Part shown: positions 52,753-64,000 of the stretch, one piece after another
Layout: every line of letters begins with the position of its first letter
Numbering within the stretch: position 1 is the first letter of the stretch
From: Octopus bimaculoides
Lineage: Eukaryota
Length of the DNA: 64,000 nucleotides
Reading direction: 5' to 3'
Assembly: GCF_001194135.2 (NCBI RefSeq)
Contig: NC_068992.1
Coordinates: 66,450,851-66,514,850 of the forward strand
The notes under the pieces: generated by a model
Told to the model about the DNA's origin: nothing
What the model saw: the letters and a program-made list of their open reading frames with translations, nothing else
Databases searched by the model: none
Position numbers and translations under genes: made by a program

Positions 52753-55700
52753 AGTCAGTAAATAGTGGGGTTGTGTTAACCGCACGTGGAGAAATAATAG
52801 GAAAATGAAAAATAGACTCTTGCGCCAGAAACAAAAACCCTAAATTCCTTATATTTCCTTTCTATCAGTGTAAAGACAGAATCTCGACACAAGATAGAAT
52901 CAACAAGGAGAATGTTTTCATAGAGAAATTCCAACCATTTCTTAACACACATACCCCTCAGTGACCTTATTTCTCTAGGAACAGACATAAACTTCCTGTT
53001 GAAAAAGAGTTCAAAACTCCAACTAAAAAGATTTGTCTCCCCTTACACACACTTCCTATTTTGACACCACACTTCCTGCTTAACACAAACTTTTAACCCT
53101 TTTTTTAAACCTAACACAACTCTCAATTCTTATGCATCCTTATTTTTCCAACCATTATATACATGAATTACCATTGAACTTCAAAAGCTCAAAGACAATA
53201 TAATGTATTGGTATAGTTATTTTTTTATATATTATTTTCTTCATTTTGTACTTCTTTGTAAAAAAACATTTTCATTCTCCTTCTTCTTGAAAATTTGCTT
53301 CACAATGAAAGCCAGTTAGAAATCTTTATTAAAATATGCTTCCAGTTTAGCATTCTGCCTTATTTTTCATTTTCCTATATATATACATACACATTCCATG
53401 AAAAACCAAGTCTGATAGTTTCCCTAAATTTATAAATTTGCATGCTGTTGAACCAATTAGTTTTAAAGCTGAGTATCTCTAATAGTGGTAATCTATTTTA
53501 GCGTGAAGTTGAAGGGGAGACAATAATGTGCCACAGTTTGCTGTCATATCTTTGAAGAATCACAAAGATAATGATGGAACATTTACATTGGTTTGGTCAA
53601 GAGGAAGGAGCTGTGACTACTGAAGGGAATTTTAAAAGAGTGTTGGTCTGAGAAGGAAGGATTGGCTGTAGTGGACAATTACTTTACATGCTAGAAATCA
53701 CAGCTAAATCTCTCTATCAACCTCTACCGTCTTAAAAAGAAAGAAAGGAAAGAGATTGGAAATAATGTAGTCCTTTGTGTGTTTGTAAGAAGAGAAGGCA
53801 GCAATGTCTTGTCTATTTAGTCTGGGCTGATGTGGAACTACATGGCATCATCATCATCATGTAGTGGTTATCCAAGAGAGATACATACTGAGTATGAAGA
53901 GTATTTGTGTTTAACAATACATTCTAAGAAAATTGCTGGTAAAATAAATTACAGAACTATAAACTTCCCATGGTAGATCATTATAGCTCTGTGCAGTGAG
54001 CCATTCATACTTAGTGTGTTTACCAGAGACAGGGCACAGCATGAATTGAAGGGGAAAATAAATTATCAAAGTATATTGACACTAGCTGGGAATCATTATC
54101 TGCTTATAACATGCACCATATTTGTCAAGTTTCAGATTAGTACCTTATCATATTTCAGGAACATGGCAAAGTTTGTGAGGTAACTCTGTCTCCAATATTT
54201 CAGTACCAATGCCAATCTGAAATCTCTCAGAGCCAACCATTTTAGTAGGTTACTGTCTGAAATTGTTAAGTCACTGCAAGGTTTACTTTATGCCCCGTCT
54301 TAAATATCCTGCATAAACAGAACTGGTTTACAGTTTGAAATTAAAATTGTGTGGTGGGTTCAGGCATCCTGGTAAGTTTCGAAAAACTGCCCCAGCACCA
54401 CAACACCATATATTCAACAACATTACTTACTGAAGCATTTAAATATCGTTTTTACAAATTTAAAAAAAAAAATCTAGTTTCTAATTCTAGAATGAAATTG
54501 TTAATCTGAGAGATTCTCAAATTTGATAACAAATACTTTTATTAATCTTTTTACCTTCGTTTATTAATCTGTTTAGTCGAATTGTAATTAGTTGTTTTTA
54601 CAGCAAAAACATTTGGTTGATATGGTTCCTACTTTTCCTTATATATCAGTTCATTTCTAGTTTTATGCCGTTACAAATGGATCAATGGTCATCTTCTGCC
54701 TTCTTATTTCTGACTCCATTATTAATCTATTTAATATTTTTCTTTGTTTTCTTCTTCTATATTATTTAATACTTTTCTGACTCTATTTCTGCAGTTCCCA
54801 TTCATTTCCTAATCTGAATCACAGCTTTCACAAGTCAGCTGAGCTTGTATTTTGTGAACAGTTTCTCCAACAAGTGAACCCTTATTCTTTGCTATATCAC
54901 AACATGGCCCTCATCCACCTAGAGCAGTCTTTGTTGACAGCAGAATAAGTTTTGGTTTTGATTTAATGGTAGACGGTTTAATTTTTTTATTGTCTTTTCT
55001 TTTATCTTATAAATGTGAATTGTTACCACAATTGGTGAGTCACAAGTTCACAACCTGGCTGCTGCTGCTTGTTATTATTTACCTCTGGACTTAACAGGTT
55101 TACATGTGTGTAACTGGCTGTGTTTGCTGTTGTTGTCATCGTCATTACACTCTCCTCTCTCTCTCTCTCCCCCTCCCCTCCTCTCCTCTCCCCACCCCAA
55201 TACTGCTTAAGCGTTTAAACTACATTCAAGCCTCTCTCTTTTTCTTTTTATGACCAAAGTACTTTAAAAGGTTCACTTAGTTCACCTTTCTCTATTTGTT
55301 TTTACCTTCACTTGGCAGACCTTTCTCCACACTCTGCTTTGTTGCCAGTTTATTTTCATAAATAGATGTTGCTACTATTGATGTGATGATCAAACTACGT
55401 CCTTCACTCTGCAGTCAGGCAGGTGGCTTGCATGGGTAATCTGCATCTAATAATAATTAGTCTTTTTTTCTCTCTTTACTTATCAAGCTTTTTGACCTCA
55501 CTTTTGTCTCTTTCTAGTTGTCTTTTTCTTTCTTTCTTTCTTTCCCACCAAGTAATCTTATTTTCAATCTGACAAAGACAGCCAGGCTCTATTAATAACC
55601 GATCCTAATTTAAATGCATCCAACCAGTCTCAATACAAATGTCTATTACTATACTTCAACCTCCCTATCAGACATATAACTCATCAACTCCTATATTTAT

Positions 55701-56536
55701 TTACTATTATGTAAAAATTAATTTTCTCTCTCCTCTTTGCTGAAGGAAGTAGCCAGTTGAGATATTTGCTTAATTAGCAATCTGCAGGCTAATCACTCTT
55801 ACAACACTTTCATCATCTATGCCATCTTGTCCCTTCTCTGTACTCGCTGTCCTCCTCACTTCATCGACATCACTCTACTTAATTATGTTTTATTTACTGC
55901 AGGCCTCTAATTATTTTGCCATGTCTTATAATATATTTTTCTTCTAGTCTCTACAGGTATCAATTAGTGCCCCTACCCCACTGTCTTTAATATAATATTG
56001 TCCACTGTTTTTATTATACTTGGTTTTGGACATGCAATAATCTCAGTCACTCTTAAAACTACATGGGCCTCAGTTGATTTCAGGCGATAACTAGTTTTCA
56101 GTTACTATTAATAACCATTTTTTATTTGGTCTGTCTGTCTGTCAAGATAGATAGATAGTTATATACACAAATACAGGTATATCAAATACCATACAACATA
56201 AATTCTTGATTTATTGAAATTATTTTTGTCTCAGAGGATGTTCCTTAATTAGCAGATAGCAGTTAAGACCAGTTCCACTTGATAAGAGAAGGCAATCTCA
56301 AGAATCAAGAATTCTCTCATATTGACATACTGTTAAGGAAGAGGACAGGTTTATTGACTGGAGATTAGGGGACAGTCTGGGACAGGTGTTTCTGGCTCAG
56401 TAGCTTTTGGCAACCCAGCAATCATTCCATTTTATCGCCAGTAGCCAAAGGACTTAGTTTTACAAATAAAAAACAAACAAACAAACAAACAAAACACATC
56501 TATGGCTCTAAGTAATTAGCATTATATATATATAGG

Positions 56537-56690
56537 TAGAGGCATGGCTGTGTGCTTAAGAAGCTTGTTTTTCAATCCTATGGTTATGAGTTCAGTGCCA
56601 TTGTGTGGCATCTTCAGCAAGTGTCTTCTGCTATAGCCTTGGGCTGACCAAAGCCTTATGATTGAATTTGGTTGGCGGAAGTTCCTGTCT
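56537..56690 (+). mobile_element. SINE family B head/core
   Basis: gaggcatggctgtgtgcttaagaagcttg..gcaagtgtcttctgctatagccttgggctgaccaaagcc. Confidence 0.75.
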
Positions 56691-56746
56691 TGTGTATACA
56701 TGTGTGCATGTGTGTGAAAGTGCTTGTGCTTCTTATAACAGTCAAG

Positions 56747-56784
<38 letters not shown>

Positions 56785-56788
<4 letters not shown>

Positions 56789-57127
56789 CATTTCTAAATC
56801 TCCCAGAGAGGTTTATGCAGTTGTGATGTGATAAAGTAGTTGTATGCTGTCAACTTAATGTGACAGTCCCATGAAGGGAATAATACTACTGTTATTTAGC
56901 CCTAGGAAGCAGCACCGCTTCCTGTTGGCCTTGACATATTTCCTGTGCCCTTATGTTTACAAGGGGGAGACAAGCACCGCCACCCAGCTCAGCCTGCATC
57001 CAGAGACATGTTTCTGAGTCTTTGCTCGTCATCAGTCTGGAGTAGCAATGACCTGCTAGTTGGAGATGCCTATCAAGCTCTCATAAACATATAATAATTC
57101 TAGTGAAACACATTCGCTGATTTCAAA
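56785..57127 (-). mobile_element. Hammerhead-bearing non-autonomous element (Penelope pLTR or retrozyme-like), copy 1
   Basis: 293-bp body at 56835-57127 is the inverse of 59115-59409; 33-bp terminal module at 56785-56817; bounded by (TA)n and (TG)n. Confidence 0.7.
56999..57041 (-). ncRNA. Minimal type I hammerhead ribozyme motif (second copy, minus strand)
   Basis: Reverse complement reads TCCAGA CTGATGA C GAG CAAAGA CTC A GAAA CATG TC TCTGGA: complete core, perfect 6-bp stem I, palindromic stem III. Confidence 0.8.
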
Positions 57128-57361
57128 ATGTGTGTGTGTGTGTGTGTGTGTAATACAAAATCAAACCTGCAAAAACTTCCAAACATTTGAGATATAAAAA
57201 AACAAGGGGCTAGAATAAAAAAAAAAAAGTCCAGACAATTAGGATGAGATAATAGCGTACATTTATTGTTCACCGTGTCATATATCAGTACTTACATGGT
57301 GAACCTGTACATGGCCAACCTGTTCTGAGCCCTTATCATCTGTTTGTCAATTTCATACTTT

Positions 57362-57520
57362 CTGAGGTCCAAGGCCAGTAATTTTGAAGGAGGGAAGGTT
57401 AGCCAATACTATTAACCTCAGGCCCCAGAGTGATGAAAAGAAAAGATGACCTTGGTGAAATTTGAACTCAGAACAGAAAGAGCCGGAACTAATATGCAAA
57501 ACATTTTGTGTTTCTCTCGG
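57362..57520 (-). mobile_element. SINE family A (internally deleted)
   Basis: aaggccagtaattttg..gaaatttgaactcagaac. Confidence 0.65.
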
Positions 57521-57709
57521 CTCTGAGCAAAGAAGTTCTCTTTGCTGTCTTTTGTGTCTGTTTTGAAATTTGTACCAAAATGTAGGTTAAACATGTAAAT
57601 AGTTATCGGATCCCTTTTGGTGGCACTTTTGGTGGCACTTAGGGCTGTTTCTAATATTGCATCAATATTTAAGACTACATTATATTTATTATTATACATT
57701 ATATTCATA

Positions 57710-58152
57710 AAGGTGGTGTAAAGTGGTGATCTGGCAGAAACATTAGCATGGAGGACAAAATGTTTAGTGGTATTCCATCAGTCTTTACAGTCTGGGTTCA
57801 AATTTTGTCAAGGTCAACTTTACCTTTCATTCTCTCAGGGTCAATAAATTAAGTTGTGCACTGGGTTGATGTATTCGACTTGACCCATGTCCAAAATGTC
57901 TGGCCTTGTGCCAAAATTTGAAACCATTATACAAGTGCTAAGTTGGTGGAATCATGGTAGAACGTAATGAGCTGGAAAAAAATACTGCTATGTATTTCCT
58001 CTGAGTTCAAATTTTACCAAGGTTGGCTTTACTTTTCATCCTTTCAGGGTCAGTATAATAAGTAGCAGTCAAACACTGGAGTTGATCTAATCGACTTGCC
58101 CCTCTCCTCAAAATTGCTGGCCTTGTAACAAAATTTGAAGCAATTGCTATTA
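57710..58152 (+). mobile_element. Two head-to-tail SINE family A copies (~57710-57930 and ~57935-58152)
   Basis: Each has a gttcaaatttt B-box region, a ctttcat..cagggtca core and a ggccttgt..aaaatttgaa tail. Confidence 0.7.
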
Positions 58153-58735
58153 TTAAATCCATTTCCATGCGAGTCTCTTGTTTTCTTCAGTCTAGATAAA
58201 ACAAGGTGGAGTTGTGTTGGCTTCAAATTGCAGTTCAGACCACAATCCATTCATAGATTTTGGCACACAGTATCATAGAATGATGTTTGTCAGTGCTAAA
58301 AATAAGATTTAATTTACTTATTTTTGTATTGCTGGTTTTGAAATTTTATGACCTTCCATTTGATACTGGCATCGGTCAGAGACTTTTATAAAATTAGACA
58401 TTTATGGGGTATTTCTTTTAAACCCCGGAACTGGTGCTAAAGTGGTCTTGAGTATCACACTATTAGTTTTATAGAAGCTATTTCCCGTCTGCTCACTTGA
58501 CTGCATGGTTCAATAAGTGTTTATGTGATTTTATCTCAACAATTCAACCATTCAGTCACTGTGTGAAGGTTTGATGTTACTTATCCATATTTCTTTAATG
58601 ATTTTGTCTTGAGGAAGAAATATCATAACTTTCACAGCCTGGTGATGTTGATGTAGTGGAGGTTTAGTTTGAATGTCTCTTAGTCAACATCTGTTGGGAA
58701 AATATTGGTTTCAGATTTGACGCAAGACTAGCAAT

Positions 58736-58825
58736 TTTTGTGGGGCTGGGGGAGAAAATTGATTACATTAATCTCAATGCTCAAGTAGTACTTGTTTTAT
58801 TGAACCTGAAAGGGGTCAAAAGGCA
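58736..58825 (-). mobile_element. SINE family A 3' fragment
   Basis: ggggagaaaattgattacatt..gtacttgttttattgaacctgaaagg. Confidence 0.5.
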
Positions 58826-59075
58826 AATTTTAACACCCAAGGGCACAAAAACAAGGGGAAACCATTCAGTGGCTGTCACAGCTGCCCCAACGATAACTGA
58901 CTGGATTTTGATATTGATTTACAAGTCTACCCACAATGGAGCCAGGTACACTACAAATTCAGTCATTCTGGTGGTTTACTGTCTGTCTGTTGTCAAATTT
59001 CTTTTCATCAGTGAACACCAGGTTGGGCAGCATACCTTCAGCAATCTGACGCAGAATAAGCCGACTTCTCTCCAT
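58826..59075 (-). mobile_element. maT/DD37D-type transposase fragment
   Basis: Minus strand MERSRLILRQIAEGMLPNLVFTDEKKFD..VNHQND*..; after a frameshift, QSVIVGAAVTATEWFPLVFVPLGVKI. Confidence 0.75.
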
Positions 59076-59409
59076 AAATCTCTCTGAGAGATTTAGAAAT
59101 GTATTATTTCTAAATTTGAAATCAGTGAATGTATTTCACTAGAATTATTATATGTTTACAAGAGCTTGATAGGCATCTTCGACTAGCAGGTCATGCTACT
59201 CCAGACTGATGACGACGAGCAAAGACTCAGAAACATGTCTCTGGATGCAGGCTTAGCTGGGTGGAGGTGCTTGTCTCCCCCTTATAAACATAAGGACACA
59301 GGAAATGTGTCAAGGCTGACAGGAAGCGGTGCAGCTTCCTAGGTCTAAACAACAGTAGTATTATTCCCTTCATGAGACTGTCACATTAAGTTGACAGCAT
59401 ACAACTACT
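59073..59409 (+). mobile_element. Hammerhead-bearing non-autonomous element (Penelope pLTR or retrozyme-like), copy 2
   Basis: About 20 differences from copy 1 over ~293 bp (manual count). The terminal module sits before the body (59073-59105) rather than after it. Confidence 0.7.
59200..59245 (+). ncRNA. Minimal type I hammerhead ribozyme motif (Penelope/retrozyme type)
   Basis: Stem I TCCAGA/TCTGGA; CTGATGA at 59206-59212; a 3-nt duplication; stem II GAG-caaaga-CTC; GAAA at 59230-59233; palindromic ACATGT; GTC triplet with predicted cleavage after 59239. Confidence 0.75.
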
Positions 59410-60404
59410 ACATTCAAGTATTATCTGATTAAATGTTATTGGAAACTGATTATTGAATATTTATTTTATTGTTGTGGAATAAATAAATCAAAAGTGAGGC
59501 AACATAAACCAAAAACAAAATGAATGAAAACATTAAACTGAAGAAACGAAACAATTCCAGATTTGACTAATACAATCAATTGAATGGAACCTTTTATCAC
59601 CATTTTCCTCTGTTTTTCTGTAATGACACAATGTTAGGATATAATGGACAAAGTTAACAGGGAATTGAGTTGGATGGCTGTTTTTATTTCATTATAGTTG
59701 CTAACCTCTTTATTCTTTTTTTTTGTTGTATAAAATTAAAAGAACTTGTTCTTTTATGATTATATTGTTGTCAGGTCATGTTATGGTCTTTTTTTCTCAA
59801 TTGTAGTAGACTTTGTTGCTGGTGTTTAATGACATTTCTGTGTAGTATTTAATATAAAAGCCTTTCTTGATATTTTTGTGTAATGTTTGTGTTTGTGCCA
59901 GTCATCTTCATCCCCCTCCTCATCATCATTTAACATCTGTTTTCCATGCAGGCAAGGGTTGGACTAATGGCATGAGTGCCTCTGTGTGTGTGTATTGATA
60001 GTTGCCCATTCATTTAGACTTTCTAATCACTAATTAGAACCAAAGGAACAGCAATAATCCAACCCCTATTGTTTGTTATTTAATGTTATTATATAACAAG
60101 TGGTATAAAGTCAGGGTTTATATCTAATTAGAGAATCTGTCATAGTTTTCTCTACCAAAATTACTGTTTAGACTATTTATTATCATTTAGTTAGAAATTT
60201 ATCCAGAGTCTTATCGCACGGAAGGAAATTTCATATTTCAAATGATGAAATGGATTGGATCAATCTCAAATCTGTTTTCTTAAACATTCCTTGTATGTTC
60301 ATAAAATATTCTGTTTTGTTAGTCTGCACATGCTTTATTACTACTTCGTTGTCTAGTAATTGTTGAGAGGTTATAAAATGCCATTCTGTATATGAAGGAT
60401 AGTG

Positions 60405-60680
60405 ATGGTGCCTGACTTAGTGGTTAGGGTATTCTGCTCACCATTGTAAGGCCAAAAGTTTGATTCCTGCTGGTGCAAGATACTTTATCTCAGGTTGTCC
60501 CAGTCCACTTGGCTAACAAAAATGAGCTGTACCAGTAACGCAAATGGCCAGCCTTGTCACTACTTTGAGGGTATGCGTGTCTGGGAAGTGCTCAGTCACT
60601 TAAATGTTAATTTCACACGGAGGTTGTTCCACTGATCGGATCAACTGGAACATTTTTCGTAGCTGATGGAGTGCTAGTGA
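60405..60680 (+). mobile_element. SINE family C
   Basis: cttagtggttagggtatt..gtttgattcc..ctcagtcacttaaatgttaatttcacacgg..gatcggatcaactgg. Confidence 0.75.
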
Positions 60681-61364
60681 GTTATATGAAGGAGAAACGT
60701 AGCTAATTTTTACCATCAGATACAGTTGAACTGTCATGTTTAGAACAAAAAAACAACAATTGTGATAATCTTTTCTCTGTTCTAGTTCCCTAATAATAAT
60801 ATCTATTTAGCTGTGTTGTGGCCTTGAGTCATTGACCCCTATTTTCTTTGGTGTTTCCCTCTTTCATTATTGTGTTGACATCTAATCTACTCCCTACTCA
60901 ATGTAACTAATCACTTGTTTATTTTCTTTGCAGTTCATTTCTGGGGTAACTACAACAGTTTTATATTATTGTTTAAATGTTTTCTTTGTGTTTAACCCAT
61001 AAACTTACTAATTTTAGTTTTGTGACTAATATTTAAAAAAAAAAAAAAAATTATTCAACACTGCTGTCAGAAAGTTAACAAAGCAAAAATGAATAATTTT
61101 TGTAAAAACTCAAGTTTATTGTCTTTTTTTTTTAATCTTTGATAAAATATTACGTATTTATTTTTTTCAGCTTGGTTGGTTTGATCTAATTCCTCCAAAT
61201 GTTGGCTAATATAAACTGGTCTAACTTAAATCTTGGCTTAATGTAAACTGAAGAAATCTTTAGGAATAATATAATAATGGTTCAAAAGTAGTTTGGAAAA
61301 GGCAACCCCCCACCCCAAAAAACCTTAAAAGGAAATGTAACACACACACAGCATTGTCATCACC

Positions 61365-61745
61365 ATTTACCTTTCACTTCCCCATATTTGCATGAGGCAG
61401 ATAGAATTTGTTGAGGCATGTTTTTTTTACGGCTGGATACCTTTCCTGTCTCCAATCCTCATGTAGTTCCAAACAAGGTAACCCTTCCTTTTGGCTCGTC
61501 ATGTTTTTCATAGAAGACTGGAAATGAATGGCATCACTTGTAGGGTTGTGCTTCTTATTTGCAATCATCTCATGATATCAAGACAAAGGTACACACATAT
61601 ATATGGGAGGGGTTTCGTTCAGTTTCTGCCTGCTAGATTTAATCAGAAGGGTTTGGTCAACCTGGGGTTATAGAAGACATTTGCCCAAGATGTACAGTGG
61701 GACTGAACCTGAGACCACGTGTTTGAGAAACAAGCTTCCTGACCA
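61365..61745 (-). mobile_element. SINE family B head joined to an RTE-type tail
   Basis: The reverse strand runs continuously from head through short (TA)/(TG) to ggaaaggtatccagccgtaaaa..gatgac. Confidence 0.7.
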
Positions 61746-63494
61746 CACACACACACACACACACATCTATATCATATGTACACACACACACTTTATGGGG
61801 TATTTAATTTCTAATTAATTGAAATGGTAGCAATAACTGATCATATTAAAAGTTTTTAGTTGCAAAGTTACATAATTTCAATTGTCTTCATGAAAAGATT
61901 TCTTGAGTCTGGAATATATTTTTTATTTATCTGTTTATTTACTATCATATGATATTCTTCCTGTCTGGAATTCTGAGACTAAAATTGTATTGATTGAAAA
62001 AAATTCAATTAATCAATTAATTGACCACTTTTTCAGATTTTTACATGTTTATAAGCTGTTTAGTTCTATTATTTTTTTTCGCAACATCATATATTTAATA
62101 TTTTTGTTTGCTTAGTTAACTTTTCATAAATATGACAGTTTTTTTTTCAGTGTTTAAAACAATGTTTATTTTTTAAAATTAAATTTATGCATGAATGTTT
62201 TAAATTGTGATGTAATTTTTCTCACTGGAAATTCAATGAAATTTGTGGATTTTGTATTCGTATGCTTTTGATGGAAGTGCATTGTCTGTGTGGTCCAAAG
62301 AATTATGTCCCTGTCCCCCTTCCATAAGTCAAATTTGTCAATAAGCATTTTAATTATACGTCTAAATAAATCTGGCCTAAATTAATTTTAGAATTGTTTG
62401 AATTATGAACTAATCTAGTTTATTTGATCAAAAATATTTACTTTGTTTCTAAACAGCCAACCTGTTCTTGTATGATTGACTAGATATGAAGGTATGGTTG
62501 ATATGTGAATGGGAGGGAGGGGACCTCAGAAATACTGAGTAATAATTGGTTGTACTGGATAACACTCAACACTTTTAGTAAATATTTTCATGGATTTACT
62601 TTTGATAAAAATGAAGAGATTTAATCGTTTTAAAAACTTCACTGCTAACCTAAGCCAGACATAGTTATTTCATATCTTTGTGTTACAGAATATAAGCATT
62701 GCTTCAAGATAGCATTAATGTGGAAAATTGTTGGTGACAGTTTTGGTATTTTGGTGGAAGTTGCTTTTAAAAATAATGAATTTTTTTTGTTCCACTTCAA
62801 TAAGAGTTTACTGGTTAAACTAAATTATTACTGTTATTATTTCACTGGGTTCTTTCAAGCAAATCTTAGTCTTGTTAATTAACCAATCTTCAAGTTCAGC
62901 TTGTCTAACCCTGACATTATGTTGTCCAAATTCTTTAGTTCTGTTCTCATCAAATCTGTATGTTGTACTGACTGCTCTGCAATACATTCCTAGACCCTAC
63001 AAACTGGAGTAGTTAAGCTGGATGTATATGTATGAGTTTCTTTGTGTTTAAGGAAGGTCTGATGGATATAGTTTTCACTGTTGAACAGAAAGTAAATCCA
63101 GGGTATCTCCTGAATGTTTATAACTTAGCTGTGATTATAATGATCAATTGATTCTTTCTTTAAAACCGTTAATCTGGTTTAATCTACTTAAGATTTCACA
63201 TTACTAAATATTACCATCACATTATCTACCTTTATGTATTTGCATTATATTTCAGTCATTATAATGTTGACTTACTTTAATTTTAAATTTAAGGAGGAAC
63301 AAGAGTGTCTTGTAACCTATTTTTAGTGTCCCTGTGATTGGTGGGAAGACGGGAGAAAATTAGCCTCAGACTGGAGGCCTGGTCCCTAAAATTTGCAATG
63401 GAGTGGACTCTGTTTAAACTATCCAAGGGCCTGTTGGCTGTTAGACCATATCATGGATTAAGCATGTCCTTCCCAAAACAAGAATGACTTCTCC

Positions 63495-63630
63495 AGTAGG
63501 CTCTTACATTGTGTGTCGACCAAATTTCATTCATTGGGCTGTGGTAGAAGACATTTGCACAAGATGCTGCAGAGTGGAATTGTACCCGAAGCCACATTGT
63601 TGGGAAGTAAACTTCTTAAACACAGTCATG
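63495..63630 (-). mobile_element. SINE family B core
   Basis: ccaaatttcattcattgggctgtggtagaagacatttgc..gtggaattgtacccg. Confidence 0.6.
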
Positions 63631-64000
63631 CATGCATCCACTTCACAAGACACACACTCTCTCTCTCTCTCTCACCCCTTCTCTTTCATTCTTTGTTTTT
63701 GGCTGGTTTTCAGCTGAGAATGTCTTGAATGTGATTACTAAGTGCCATAGACATGAATCATTGTAAAGAATATATTCTGAAGGACAACACTGAATAATAA
63801 GAGAGCGCAAGACAAAAGCTGACAGCGAAGGAATCTTAGAATATGTTTTATTGTTAATTCTATCAGGTAAACAAATACCTGCATGTAAGTCTTATGGTTG
63901 AGGGTCAACTTAGATTTATTGACATTTGGTAAAATAAAGAGTTCAGTCATTCTAAACAAATGTGCATTACTGACCTATATTTGGAAATGGCAAATACAGT

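Noticed and set aside
49444-64000. Further Ack-like coding exons
   Set aside because: Acceptor-like sites checked (~54794, ~55904, ~55955, ~60933, ~61170) run into stops in phase 0 or give no kinase-like peptide; microexons cannot be excluded.

Overview
AT-rich, microsatellite-dense animal DNA with six assembly gaps. Composition and repeat families point to an octopod cephalopod, probably Octopus (inference, not a database match). Only one host coding exon is supported: 49219-49443 (+), encoding the N-terminal SAM domain of an Ack-like/PR2 (ACK/TNK family) non-receptor tyrosine kinase. It has a clean acceptor, a CACCATGG start and a GTGAGT donor. I found no second exon, so the intron probably runs past the window end. 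The rest is tRNA-headed SINEs of three families (called A, B and C here), RTE LINE fragments, a 5'-truncated R4/Dong element inside an (AAT)n tract, decayed Tc1/mariner elements, MITEs, minisatellites and microsatellites. The most interesting signal is a set of minimal type I hammerhead-ribozyme motifs typical of Penelope-like elements and retrozymes. Two lie in ~93%-identical ~293-bp repeats in inverted orientation 2 kb apart in the kinase intron (56835-57127, 59115-59409), with a circularly permuted terminal module. A third, different one is at 50759-50808, and degenerate candidates are at 4898-4941 and 25976-26020. Most listed ORFs are artefacts of simple repeats or N runs. Coordinates of decayed repeats are approximate.
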